From: Candidatus Hadarchaeales archaeon
GTDB taxonomy: Archaea; Hadarchaeota; Hadarchaeia; Hadarchaeales; Hadarchaeaceae
Direction: 5' to 3'
Length of the DNA stretch: 32,000 nucleotides
NCBI GenBank assembly: GCA_038823825.1
Contig: JAWBCC010000003.1
Span: 90,001-122,000, forward strand
The translations under genes were made by a program, and so were the position numbers. Below the pieces are notes generated by a model. It was given only the letters and a program-made list of their open reading frames with translations. It made no database searches and was not told where the DNA came from. Shown piece by piece: positions 8,391-17,675 of this stretch (position 1 is the stretch's first letter; each line of letters starts with the position of its first letter).

Positions 8391-10327
8391 AGATAGCCCT
8401 GGTTGGAACACCAAACGTAGGTAAGAGCGTTTTCTTCCACCAAATCGCCGGCGCGGACGTGATCGTCTCAAACTACCCTGGGACAACGGTGGAAATTCAC
8501 GAAGCAAAGGTGAAAAGAAACGACTTTGAAATATCGCTCTTTGACCTGCCAGGAATATACTCACTTGGTGCACTCTCAGAGGACGAGATCGTTGCCAGAA
8601 AGGCCATACTTGAACAGCGCCCCGACGTCGTAATCGATATCCTCGACGCTTCCAATCTAGAAAGAAGTCTCTATCTCACGCTCCAACTGCTTGAGCTAAA
8701 CATCCCCCTCGTAATCGCTTTGAACATGGTCGACCTAGCCGAATCGCAGGGTCTTCATCCCAACCCAGATAAACTTTCCAAAATTCTCGGCAGCCCAGTG
8801 ATTCCAACGGTTGCGACTCGCGGAAAAAACATTTCTAAAGTCTTCGATGTCGCCATCACAATCGCTCAAAAAAGCACCAAACCAGAATGGAAGCCCAAGC
8901 TTTCAGGAGACCTCGAGGGCGCAGTCGGCAAACTTTCCCGCGTGATAAAACGTAAATTCCGAGAAATCCCATACAATCTTCCGCCAGAAACCATTGCTCT
9001 CCGAATTCTTGAAGGAGATGCCCACATCATAGAGACGATCGCCGAAATCGAAGGAAGCGAGGATGTCCTAGAAGAAGCGGAAAGACTCGTGAAAAAAATA
9101 GAAAACATCCGCAAGGAGCCGCTTGCCATCACCATCGCCCGCGAAAGACACAGCCTCGCCGCCATGATCGCAAAAAACATCACCGAAATAAAAAAGCCGA
9201 GGAAATCCAAGCTAGAAAGATTAGATTCAATTCTGACATCTCCAAAGACCGGGTTACCAATAGCTGCAATGGTTTTCGTTCTCGTGCTTCTAACTCTCAT
9301 ATACTTCGGCGGTTTGATCGAGGACATTCTCACAAATGGATGGGAAAATCACATTTCCCCATCTCTCACTTCAGCCTTCTCTCATATGGGCAAGCTAGGC
9401 GAGGCTCTGAACATAGGACTCAACTGGGGAATCCAAGGAATCCTCGCAGTCATCATACCATACATTCTTCCATTCTTCATCATTATGGGAATTCTCGAGG
9501 ACGTCGGCTATCTTCCAAGAATCGCCTTTCTTCTCGATTCCCTTATGCACAAGATAGGACTTCACGGAAGAGCTGTGATTCCCCTCTTCGGCGGTTTCGG
9601 CTGCAACGTTCCGGCCATCATGGCGACGAGAACCCTCCTTTCCAAGCGTGAAAGAGTTATCGCAAGTATTCTTATCACAATGATCCCCTGCTCAGCCAGA
9701 ACAGCGGTCATCCTCGGTTTGGTCGGAAACTATCTTGGCGTTCTCTACGCTCTAACAATATACGCCATAATCCTTTTCCTCATCTTTCTGGTGGGATTTC
9801 TCCTCAATCGCTGGATTCCCGGAAAAACCCCAGGAATGATCATGGAGGTTCCGCCACTCCGTGCCCCAGCTTGGAAACCCATCCTTGCAAACACGTGGAT
9901 AAGAATGAAACACTTCCTATTTCTCGCCATGCCTCTTCTCCTCGTTTCAAGCTTCATCATCGGGCTCATGCAAGTCGGAGGAATTCTCGATGCCATAGTG
10001 CCGGTTTTCTCTCCTCTCACCACAGGTCTTCTCGGACTCCCAGCCATTACAATCATTCCCCTCCTCTACGGTTTCCTAAGAAAGGAAGGCGGTCTTGTTC
10101 TCTTGGTGACCGTTGCCGGGACAAGCAACCTTCTGGAATTCATGACACCGTTACAGCTCTACGTCTACGTCCTCGTTCTGAGCATATACATTCCATGCGT
10201 GGCAACAGTCGCCGTCATAAGGAGAGAACTGGGCTGGAAGATTGCACTCTCAACAGCTTTTGGCACATTCATGCTCGCCGTAGCCGTGGGAGGTCTCGTC
10301 TTCCACTTTAATCCTCTTCGTCTATGA
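8363..10327 (+). CDS. feoB: Ferrous iron transport protein B
   Basis: G-domain 'LVGTPNVGKSVFFHQIAGADVIVSNYPGTTVEIHEA', 'DLPGIYSL', 'ALNMVDLAE'; multiple TM segments with 'GFGCNVPAIMATRTL' Gate motif. Confidence 0.95.
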   Translation: MALGDKKTLKIALVGTPNVGKSVFFHQIAGADVIVSNYPGTTVEIHEAKVKRNDFEISLFDLPGIYSLGALSEDEIVARKAILEQRPDVVIDILDASNLERSLYLTLQLLELNIPLVIALNMVDLAESQGLHPNPDKLSKILGSPVIPTVATRGKNISKVFDVAITIAQKSTKPEWKPKLSGDLEGAVGKLSRVIKRKFREIPYNLPPETIALRILEGDAHIIETIAEIEGSEDVLEEAERLVKKIENIRKEPLAITIARERHSLAAMIAKNITEIKKPRKSKLERLDSILTSPKTGLPIAAMVFVLVLLTLIYFGGLIEDILTNGWENHISPSLTSAFSHMGKLGEALNIGLNWGIQGILAVIIPYILPFFIIMGILEDVGYLPRIAFLLDSLMHKIGLHGRAVIPLFGGFGCNVPAIMATRTLLSKRERVIASILITMIPCSARTAVILGLVGNYLGVLYALTIYAIILFLIFLVGFLLNRWIPGKTPGMIMEVPPLRAPAWKPILANTWIRMKHFLFLAMPLLLVSSFIIGLMQVGGILDAIVPVFSPLTTGLLGLPAITIIPLLYGFLRKEGGLVLLVTVAGTSNLLEFMTPLQLYVYVLVLSIYIPCVATVAVIRRELGWKIALSTAFGTFMLAVAVGGLVFHFNPLRL

Positions 10328-11149
10328 TTTCCGGAAAAGTTTTCTCACCTCTGAAATTCCCTTCCTCCCTATTTTTTCAGGTTCATCCGGATTAAAAAGC
10401 TCCACTATCAACGCTCCCGAATAATCGATTTTCCAGAAAGCAGCCACAATAGGTTTAAAATCGATTTCTCCCTCACCCGGTACGAGATGATCGTCCTTAA
10501 ACCCTCTATTATCGTGGACATGCACGTGAACGATTTTTTCGCAAAGTTTTTCGATTTTCTCAGCAATCTTTTTCTCCGGAGATTTCGACCTTTTTCTCTC
10601 GACCAAATATGCATGCCCAATATCCAAACATATCCCCACATCGAATTTTTTCAAAAGCTCAGGCAATTCCTCAAGCACAGCGTAAGGCCCAAAGGCCGAG
10701 CTTCCATTCTCAACCGCAATCTTCACATTTAGCCGTTTTGCAAATGCACAAACTTCTCTCATGGTCTTTTCGTATATCTCTCCAGCTTTCCTCCACATCC
10801 ACTCCACTTCAGGGATTGGACATTTTCCAGCGTGAAGCACAACGGGACCCCCGTCCAGCTTTGCGCAGACTTCAATCCCAGACTTAATTCTTTTAACCGC
10901 TGTTTTCCTGACCTCAGGAATAATGCTTGCCGGATTGATATCCCAAAAGCTGGCGTGAACAGAAATTTCCAAGCCGGCGTCCCTAATTATTCGACCGATT
11001 CTCTGTAGGTCGGGTTTCTCACATCCAGGCGCAAAGTGCGGAAAATCCCAGATGATTTCCACCCACTCTGCTCCGAGTTCAGCACAGACCTCCACAGCTT
11101 TCTCCAGAGAATACCTCGGGAACAAGAGTGTGGATAATCCGATTTTCAT
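10322..11149 (-). CDS. Sugar phosphate isomerase/epimerase (AP endonuclease family 2 TIM barrel)
   Basis: 'MKIGLSTLLFPRYSLEKAVEVCAELGAEWVEII', 'VVLHAGKCP', 'IAVENGSSAFGP', 'DVGICLDIGHAY', 'VHVHDNRGFKDDHLVPGEGEIDF'. The 69 nt N-terminal extension of the ORF looks spurious. Confidence 0.85.
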   Translation of the reverse strand: MKIGLSTLLFPRYSLEKAVEVCAELGAEWVEIIWDFPHFAPGCEKPDLQRIGRIIRDAGLEISVHASFWDINPASIIPEVRKTAVKRIKSGIEVCAKLDGGPVVLHAGKCPIPEVEWMWRKAGEIYEKTMREVCAFAKRLNVKIAVENGSSAFGPYAVLEELPELLKKFDVGICLDIGHAYLVERKRSKSPEKKIAEKIEKLCEKIVHVHVHDNRGFKDDHLVPGEGEIDFKPIVAAFWKIDYSGALIVELFNPDEPEKIGRKGISEVRKLFRKS

Positions 11150-11221
11150 TCTTTCCCTCCCCAGCTTTTCTGGTAGTGTTTGGTTTTCCACGTTATTATA
11201 AAATACCGGAAAAGGCACCGG

Positions 11222-11890
11222 CTATTTCTCATCTTCTTTCATGGCTTTGGTCGCTCTCTCGTGGGCAAGCATGATAGGCTCAGGTAATCGTCTCCCCCTA
11301 CATGTTTCGAGTGTTATTTTGATGGCGCTCTCAAGTGAAATTTTATGTCCAATGCTCACGTAGACCGGTTTCTCCCCTTTCAGCGTCCTAACAATAGCGC
11401 CGACGACTTCATCCCCATCGATCAAAGGTTCCCAAGCCCCGGCTTTATCTGCGGGAATCTTCCCCTCTCCAACAAGCTTACTTTTCGCCACCCCGAGAGT
11501 AGGCCTATCGATCACAACGCCAAGATGGCAGGCCAGCCCAGCTCTTCTCGGATGCGCGAGCCCCTGTGCTCCAACCATATAAACATCCGCTTCCCTGCCA
11601 GTCAAAACTTTCAGAAGTCCCTCGAGTTCTCTGAATGCAAGGAATGTCGGAATGTAGGGAAATGTTAGCTTGACAGGTGCGATTTTCTCCTCCAAATCTT
11701 CAAGCGTCCTGTAATCCAGCACTACGCAGGCCGCATAAGCCTTATCACCTCTGCTGAACGAGATGTCGCAACCTGCAATTCTCTCGATTTTAGAAAAATC
11801 GTTTTCTCTTTTCACGAGCTGGGCAACCTTTAGCTGTATCTGCTTTAGCTCCTCCAGATTTAGACTCTTCGGTTTGAGCAACGGTAACAT
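11222..11890 (-). CDS. nfi: Endonuclease V
   Basis: 'IAGCDISF', 'YIPTFLAFRELEGLL', 'VGAQGLAHPRRAGLACHLGVVIDRPTLGVAKSKLVG', 'PVYVSIGHKISLESAIKI'. Confidence 0.93.
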   Translation of the reverse strand: MLPLLKPKSLNLEELKQIQLKVAQLVKRENDFSKIERIAGCDISFSRGDKAYAACVVLDYRTLEDLEEKIAPVKLTFPYIPTFLAFRELEGLLKVLTGREADVYMVGAQGLAHPRRAGLACHLGVVIDRPTLGVAKSKLVGEGKIPADKAGAWEPLIDGDEVVGAIVRTLKGEKPVYVSIGHKISLESAIKITLETCRGRRLPEPIMLAHERATKAMKEDEK

Positions 11891-11965
11891 CTCAAAAACA
11901 TCCTCATTCGGGCGTATTTAGCTATCGCGAAGATATTAATTCTTCCAAATTCCAAGTTTATCCCG

Positions 11966-12154
11966 ATGAGGCTGAAAGGACCGAAGTGCATGATCTGTGG
12001 GGAGAAGATACAGATAATGAGTATGGACTCGGCCTACGTGAAGTTTGTTAGACCTGGCGAAGCCAAAGGAATCTTCATCTGCTGGAAGTGTGCTGAAAAG
12101 GAGTTCGGCGAAGTCCTGCAGGATATCCTGACAAAGGTCGCTGGTAAGGGGTGA
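11966..12154 (+). CDS. Small zinc-ribbon protein (CxxC...CxxC)
   Basis: 62 aa, 'CMICGEK...FICWKCAEKEFGE'; stop overlaps the GTG start of the downstream AEP gene (GTGA). Confidence 0.7.
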   Translation: MRLKGPKCMICGEKIQIMSMDSAYVKFVRPGEAKGIFICWKCAEKEFGEVLQDILTKVAGKG

Positions 12155-13236
12155 TCTCCTTGACGGTCACTCCCCAAGATCACATCCTGATGACCCTAGC
12201 CATCAAAAGGATAGGAAAATTCGTAGATCTCGAACACATAAGGGAAAAGCTCTGCAGGGACGGAGGAAGGGATTTCTCTCTGGAAGAGACGAAGATGCTT
12301 TTAGATTCATTGATCGGAAAGGGTCTCGTGCAGGAGAAAGGAGGGGAGTACGCTCTCACGGAAAAGGGCCGCGACTTTTTCGAGAAAAGATGGAGAGAAG
12401 TTAAAGATCATCTGAATCAAGACTATCTAAAGGTCTACCGGGCAAAGCGATATTACCCCCATGTTTCTAAAACCATCCTAGAGTTCTGCAAGGACAGATA
12501 CGTTTCAGTTTTCAGGCTCTTTACAGACCGTGCCTGGCTTCAAAGGAAACTCGGTCCCCGCTGGATAACGATAAAGAGCGAGGACGACATACAATACTGG
12601 CTGGACATTCACGGCATCGATTTCATCCCCTACATTCACAGAATTGGAAGCGATAGGCCCGACTGGCTCGTCATAGATTTTGACGCCGGAAAGAAAGTAG
12701 AGTTCGAGCAGACGAAGAAGGTTGTCATGACAGCCGCCGAAGTTTTACATAATTACGGAATCGAGGTTGCGTTGAAGTTCAGCGGTTCCCGTGGCTTCCA
12801 GCTTTGGGCGGTTTTCGAGCCTCACGATCTGCCGACAGATTACCAACCAAAAAAGCTGAAAACGGAACGCAGGGAACGAAACTTTTTCACCTTTTACTCG
12901 GATATCATAAGATTTGTCGAAAGCAGAGTAGCGAAAAAACTCCCGAATCTCACAACCTCGGAAACGGCGAAAAAAGAAGAGAGGGAAGACAAAGTCCTCC
13001 TCGACGCCTCCATAATAAAGCCGATGGGAGACGTCAGGGCTCCCTATTCCATGCATCACCGAACTGGTCTCATTTCCATGCCAGTGGGTTTAGATGAGCT
13101 AGAGGAATTCGAACCCAAGCAGGCAGATCCAGATCTTGTCGTTCAGCGCTATAGGAAAAGGGGAAACGAATTTAAGCTCAAGCCTTGTGATGGTTCAAAG
13201 TTGTTCGAAGATTTGGTCAAATGGTGCAAAGAGTAA
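12151..13236 (+). CDS. Archaeo-eukaryotic primase/polymerase (AEP, PriS/LigD-Pol-like) domain protein with N-terminal winged-helix-like region
   Basis: Motif I 'DWLVIDFDAGKKVEF', motif II-like 'LKFSGSRGFQLWAVF', motif III region 'LLDASIIKPMGDVRAPYSMHHRTGLISMPVGLDELEEFEP'. Confidence 0.8.
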   Translation: MISLTVTPQDHILMTLAIKRIGKFVDLEHIREKLCRDGGRDFSLEETKMLLDSLIGKGLVQEKGGEYALTEKGRDFFEKRWREVKDHLNQDYLKVYRAKRYYPHVSKTILEFCKDRYVSVFRLFTDRAWLQRKLGPRWITIKSEDDIQYWLDIHGIDFIPYIHRIGSDRPDWLVIDFDAGKKVEFEQTKKVVMTAAEVLHNYGIEVALKFSGSRGFQLWAVFEPHDLPTDYQPKKLKTERRERNFFTFYSDIIRFVESRVAKKLPNLTTSETAKKEEREDKVLLDASIIKPMGDVRAPYSMHHRTGLISMPVGLDELEEFEPKQADPDLVVQRYRKRGNEFKLKPCDGSKLFEDLVKWCKE

Positions 13237-13289
13237 GACTTTCTAGATTATCCCTTTTCTTTCTGCATCGATTTCTAAAATCCAAATAG

Positions 13290-13575
13290 GAGGGCCCCCG
13301 CTGTTCCCCGACACACTAACCCCCGGCTTCATCGTTTGCCTTTTCGGCGCTCTCCGCCAGGTAACCCTCATGGCGGGGATTCCACGGGGACCTGATCGCC
13401 TGTTCCGCACAGGGGTTGTCTTCGGGTCATGGGCAGACGGTTCGCCACTTCCTCCCCGAAGGACCCGTCCGCGCGGTTTCTCGGCGGTCATAGCTCCAGT
13501 GTCTCCGCGGCCTTGCCCAGCGTTCATAAAAAATCCCGCTGCCCTCGTAGCCGCGGAACTCCCCTCTCATCGCAA
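13290..13575 (-). ncRNA. Candidate structured non-coding RNA in the primase-like/topA intergenic island; identity unassigned and strand provisional (minus favoured)
   Basis: About 280 nt markedly GC-rich intergenic block with several complementary segments: CCGCGGC 13505-13511/GCCGCGG 13550-13556 enclosing CAGCG 13518-13522/CGCTG 13537-13541; CCGCCA 13354-13359/TGGCGG 13371-13376; CCTGT/ACAGG 13399-13413; CGGGTC 13423-13428/GACCCG 13462-13467; minus strand gives a C(UUCG)G loop near 13456-13461. Confidence 0.5.
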
Positions 13576-13645
13576 ATAACCATATCTCACGCAAAGGGTA
13601 TTAACTTAACGTTTCCAAGTTTATTATCTCACGAGGGGTGCGGTA

Positions 13646-15718
13646 ATGAAGAAGGTGTTCGTGATATGCGAAAAGCCGTCAGCTGTTCCTAAGATAGCTG
13701 AAGCGATAGCCGGGAGAAAGGTTACCCAGAAAGAGCTGATGGGTATCCCATATTGCGAGTTTGAAAGAGACGGAAAGCTCTTCGTCGTCGCACCGGCGAT
13801 GGGACATTTGTTTACTCTAAAAAGTATAAAGTCTCTCAAAGATTATCCGGTTTTTGACCTCAAATGGGTGCCCATCCATGAGGTCGAGAAAAACGCAAAA
13901 AATGCGGCTAGATTCATAAAAGCCCTGAGAGAGCTCTCAAAGAACGCAGAGGAGTTTATAAGTGCCTGTGATTTTGACGTCGAAGGAAGCGTTATTGCCT
14001 TCAACGTTCTCCGCTTCATCTGCGGGAGTGATGTCATATCCAAAGCGAGGAGGATGAAGTTCTCCACGCTCACCCGCGAAGAGTTAAAGAAATCTTTCGA
14101 GAATATGCTGCCCACATTAGACTTTGAAGTTATAAATGCCGGTCTCGCAAGACATTATCTCGACTGGTATTGGGGGATGAACGTCTCAAGATTTCTAAGC
14201 TCTGCAGCCGAGAAGGCTGGAAATAGATTTGTAAAGTTATCGGCCGGTCGTGTTCAAACCCCCACTCTTAAAATCCTTCTCGATCGCGAGAGAGAAATAA
14301 AGAACTTTGTTTCGGTTCCCTTCTGGGTTTTGAAAGCCGTGATCGAAATCGGCGGGGAAGAGTTCATCGCTGAACATGAAACAGAAAAATTTTGGGAGAA
14401 AGAAAAAGCTGAGGAAGTCTACTCGGCATGCCTTGGGCAACCGGCGAGGGTAGTCGAAGTCAAACGCAGAAAAATAAACAGAAATCCTCCACCTCCGTTT
14501 GATCTAGGAACGCTCCAGTCGGAGGCATACAGATGTTTTGGTTTCACACCTATGAGGACGCAGATGATCGCCCAAGATCTCTATCAAGCCGCGCTTATCA
14601 GTTATCCAAGAACGAGCAGCCAAAAGCTCCCCAGCTCGATAGGCTACCGCGATATTCTACAGAGAATTGCGAAAATCTCACCAGACTACGCTGAAATCGC
14701 TCTAGATCTTCTGAGACAGCAAAAATTAGTCCCGGTCGAAGGTAAGAAAACGGACCCGGCGCATCCGGCCATATTTCCGACGGGCGAGCCACCTGAAGAG
14801 CTCCCAAGCACCCATCAAAAGCTGTATGACATGATCGTCCGCAGATTCCTCGCTGTTTTCAGCAAGCCCGCTATGCTCGAAAGCACGCATGCAGATTTGG
14901 ACATAGGCGGTCAAAGGTTCTTCCTCCGCGGTCAAAGAATACTCGATCCAGGATGGCTTGAATCCTACGGAAAGTATGTTTCCTACGAGGAACAAATGAT
15001 TCCGGAGATAGAGAAAGGCGAAGAGCTGAAAGTCAAGAACATTCTGTTGGAGGAAAGAAGGACACAACCGCCGCCCAGATTTAACCCAGCATCGCTCGTG
15101 AAAGAGATGGAGGCGCGCGGTCTCGGGACGGAGGCGACCAGAGGCCCCATTGTGCAAACCCTTTACCAGCGCGGGTATATTCAGGGTAGACAGATAACGG
15201 TTACACGGCTGGGGGAAACCGTGGTTGAAAGTCTTAGGATATGTCCGGCAATTCTGAGCGAGGAACTCACCGCCAGATTCGAGCGGGAGATGATGGAAAT
15301 TCAGGAAGGAAAGGCAAATTGGGAAGACGTTGTCAAAAAAGCTGAGCGAGAACTCTCCACTTTGCTGGAAGAAATGAAAGCGAGGGAGAAAGAGGTCGGA
15401 GAGAGATTGATTGAGGCTTACAAGCTTGCCTTGAGAAAATCCTTTGGAAAATGCCCAAAGTGTGGAAAAAATCTGAGAATGGTGATTGCACAAAAGAGCG
15501 GGAAGAGGTTTGTCGGCTGTGAGGGTTATCCATCCTGCGACTTTTCTCTGCCACTACCTCAGCAGGGAAGCATAGAAATTCTAGATACTCCTTGCAAGAT
15601 CTGTGGTTGGCCGGTCATTCTCGTGAGAAGAAGTGGCAAGCGACCTTACAGAACATGTTTGAACCCATCTTGTTCGTCGAAAAATCGCTTGAAGGATGTG
15701 TATAACCAGCAGGAATAA
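13646..15718 (+). CDS. topA: DNA topoisomerase I (type IA) with C-terminal zinc fingers
   Basis: Toprim 'VFVICEKPSAVPKIAEAIAG', 'ISACDFDVEGSVIAFNV'; active-site Tyr 'ALISYPRTSSQKLP'; 'AGRVQTPTLKILLDRE'; C-terminal 'CPKCGKNLRMV...CEGYPSC' and 'CKICGWP...CLNPSC'. Confidence 0.95.
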   Translation: MKKVFVICEKPSAVPKIAEAIAGRKVTQKELMGIPYCEFERDGKLFVVAPAMGHLFTLKSIKSLKDYPVFDLKWVPIHEVEKNAKNAARFIKALRELSKNAEEFISACDFDVEGSVIAFNVLRFICGSDVISKARRMKFSTLTREELKKSFENMLPTLDFEVINAGLARHYLDWYWGMNVSRFLSSAAEKAGNRFVKLSAGRVQTPTLKILLDREREIKNFVSVPFWVLKAVIEIGGEEFIAEHETEKFWEKEKAEEVYSACLGQPARVVEVKRRKINRNPPPPFDLGTLQSEAYRCFGFTPMRTQMIAQDLYQAALISYPRTSSQKLPSSIGYRDILQRIAKISPDYAEIALDLLRQQKLVPVEGKKTDPAHPAIFPTGEPPEELPSTHQKLYDMIVRRFLAVFSKPAMLESTHADLDIGGQRFFLRGQRILDPGWLESYGKYVSYEEQMIPEIEKGEELKVKNILLEERRTQPPPRFNPASLVKEMEARGLGTEATRGPIVQTLYQRGYIQGRQITVTRLGETVVESLRICPAILSEELTARFEREMMEIQEGKANWEDVVKKAERELSTLLEEMKAREKEVGERLIEAYKLALRKSFGKCPKCGKNLRMVIAQKSGKRFVGCEGYPSCDFSLPLPQQGSIEILDTPCKICGWPVILVRRSGKRPYRTCLNPSCSSKNRLKDVYNQQE

Positions 15719-15757
15719 ATCATCTTTATAAAATAACTCATCCCAAGTAAAAGGGAG

Positions 15758-17269
15758 GTGATAGAAATAAAGAGGACCATCGCGGAGATAAACGAGAAAA
15801 TCAAGCGAGGGGATGCCGTAATTCTCACGGCGGAAGAGATGGTAGAATTGGTCAGGGAAAAAGGTGCCGAGGCAGCCGCAAAGGAAGTTGACGTTGTGAC
15901 CACAGGAACATTCGGCCTCATGTGTAGTTCTGGAGCATTTCTAAACTTCGGTCACTCGGATCCTCCGATAAAATTCGGAGGAGGAGAAGTCTACCTGAAT
16001 GACGTTCCGGCCTACGCTGGCCTAGCTGCAGTCGATGTGTACATAGGTGCAACGGCTCTCTCCAGGAGCAAGGGCATTGAGTACGGCGGCGGCCACGTCA
16101 TCGAGGATTTAGTCAGCGGGAGAGAGATAGAGTTGGAGGCCAAAGCATATGGGACCGACTGTTATCCGCGACGAGAAATAAAGCTTACGTTCACGATTCA
16201 CGATCTGAACCAGGCGATCCTCTGTAACCCAAGAAATGCTTACCAGCGATACGTCGCAGCGACAAATTCAACAGACGAAACGCTTTACACATATATGGGC
16301 ACGCTTCTTCCGAAATTCGGAAACGTGACATTTGCGGGAACGGGTGAGCTTGGTCCGCTCGCGAAAGATCCGAACTACGAAACTATTGGAATCGGAACTA
16401 GGATTTTCTTAGCCGGTGCCCAGGGATATATAGTAGGCGAAGGAACGCAGCACGATCCAAAAAAGCAACGTGGAACGATAATGGTTGCTGGAGATCTAAA
16501 GCAGATGGATGCAAAATATCTACGTGGTGCGACAGTACATAAGTACGGGACGTCGCTTTTTGTGGGAATCGGAATACCCATTCCGATTATCAGTGAGCGA
16601 GTTGCCGCATCTGCCGGAATCAGCGATGAGCAAATAATGATAGATCTTCTAGACTATGGGGTTCCGAGACGGGAAAGGCCGATTATCAGGAAAGTCAGCT
16701 ATGCTGAGTTAAAGTCCGGTAAAGTGGAGATTTACGGAAAGGATGTTCCCGTTAGCCCGCTTAGCAGCATAAAAATCTCGAGGGAGATTGCAGAGAAGCT
16801 TAAGGAGCTCATAGAAAAGGGAGAATTCTTGCTTTCCGAGCCCGTCGCAAGACTTTCGACGGAGAGGGAATTCAAACCAATGCGTCAGCCGGAAAGGGTT
16901 ATTGTGGCCAAAGATTTGATGACGAGGGAGGTTATAACCTGCAAGCCGGAAACCCCGATAGCGGAGGCTGCAAGAATTCTAGCTAGGGGAGGCTTCGATC
17001 ACTTACCAGTGGTAGACGACTCAGGGACCCTAGTTGGTATTGTCACTTCTTGGGATCTAGCCATCTCTATAGGTTCTGGCAAAAACAAGGTTGCCGAGAT
17101 AATGACGAGAAAGGTGATAACGGCCGTAGAGAATGAACCTATCGAATCGGTCGCCAGAAAACTAGATGAGCATGGCATCTCGGGGGTCCCAGTTATTGAC
17201 GCCTTCCGCAGGGTTGTTGGAATAATCACTACCGACGACATCTCCAAGCTGATCGGGAAGAGGAGGTGA
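15758..17269 (+). CDS. DUF39 / homocysteine biosynthesis (L-aspartate semialdehyde sulfurtransferase-like) protein with C-terminal CBS domain pair
   Basis: 'VVTTGTFGLMCSSGAFLNFGHSDPPIKFGGGEVYLNDVPAYAGLAAVDVYIGATALS', 'YVAATNSTDETLYTYMGTLLPKFGNVTFAGTGELGPL'; CBS repeats 'DLMTREVITCKPETPIAEAARILARGGFDHLPVVDDSG' and 'EIMTRKVITAVENEPIESVARKLDEHGISGVPVID'. Confidence 0.9.
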   Translation: MIEIKRTIAEINEKIKRGDAVILTAEEMVELVREKGAEAAAKEVDVVTTGTFGLMCSSGAFLNFGHSDPPIKFGGGEVYLNDVPAYAGLAAVDVYIGATALSRSKGIEYGGGHVIEDLVSGREIELEAKAYGTDCYPRREIKLTFTIHDLNQAILCNPRNAYQRYVAATNSTDETLYTYMGTLLPKFGNVTFAGTGELGPLAKDPNYETIGIGTRIFLAGAQGYIVGEGTQHDPKKQRGTIMVAGDLKQMDAKYLRGATVHKYGTSLFVGIGIPIPIISERVAASAGISDEQIMIDLLDYGVPRRERPIIRKVSYAELKSGKVEIYGKDVPVSPLSSIKISREIAEKLKELIEKGEFLLSEPVARLSTEREFKPMRQPERVIVAKDLMTREVITCKPETPIAEAARILARGGFDHLPVVDDSGTLVGIVTSWDLAISIGSGKNKVAEIMTRKVITAVENEPIESVARKLDEHGISGVPVIDAFRRVVGIITTDDISKLIGKRR

Positions 17270-17273
17270 TTTC

Positions 17274-17675
17274 ATGAAAAAGAAAATTCTTCTGAAATAT
17301 TCAGCAACGAAAGCAACGGAACCGGTGCTGGCTTCAGCTATAAAAGAGACTGGACTCCTTGTCAACATCCTCTACGCGGACATCGACAGTTCCGGTGGAG
17401 AAATAATGATTTCTGTGGACGCACCTCAGCATGAGCTAGAAAGACTCCTTCAGAAACTCAGAGATTTGGGTGTTGAGGTGGAAGAGATCAGAAGAGTCAT
17501 AAAGCTCGATGAGTCGCGCTGCGTTCATTGTGGCGCTTGCGTTTCGATATGTCCGACGCAAGCTTTACGTCTCACAAATGATTTCTCCTTGAAGCTTGAT
17601 GAAGAAAAGTGCGTTTATTGTGAGGCATGCATTCCGACATGCCCCATGAGAGCTCTCAAGATCGGGAGGTGGTAA
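17274..17675 (+). CDS. NIL domain plus 2x[4Fe-4S] ferredoxin protein
   Basis: N-terminal NIL-like 'ILLKYSATKATEPVLASAIKETGLLVNILYADIDSSGGEIMISV'; 'CVHCGACVSICPTQAL' and 'CVYCEACIPTCPMRAL'. Confidence 0.9.
   Translation: MKKKILLKYSATKATEPVLASAIKETGLLVNILYADIDSSGGEIMISVDAPQHELERLLQKLRDLGVEVEEIRRVIKLDESRCVHCGACVSICPTQALRLTNDFSLKLDEEKCVYCEACIPTCPMRALKIGRW

Noticed and set aside
13243-13527. Minus-strand ORF (94 aa) and plus-strand ORF 13370-13579 in the GC-rich island as possible genes.
   Set aside because: Translations are R/G/P-rich without recognisable domains and overlap each other on opposite strands; the GC-rich complementary structure explains the open frames better.
13290-13575. Assignment of the island as RNase P RNA or SRP RNA.
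   Set aside because: The size and GC content fit, but the universal motifs (RNase P GAGGAAAGUCC and the 3' ACAGAA..GGCUUA; SRP GUCCGGAAGGA..AGCAG) were not convincingly present on either strand. Left unassigned pending cmscan.
14726-15493. Long minus-strand ORF (255 aa) inside topA.
   Set aside because: It is antisense to conserved topoisomerase catalytic motifs, with no domain and no promoter evidence.
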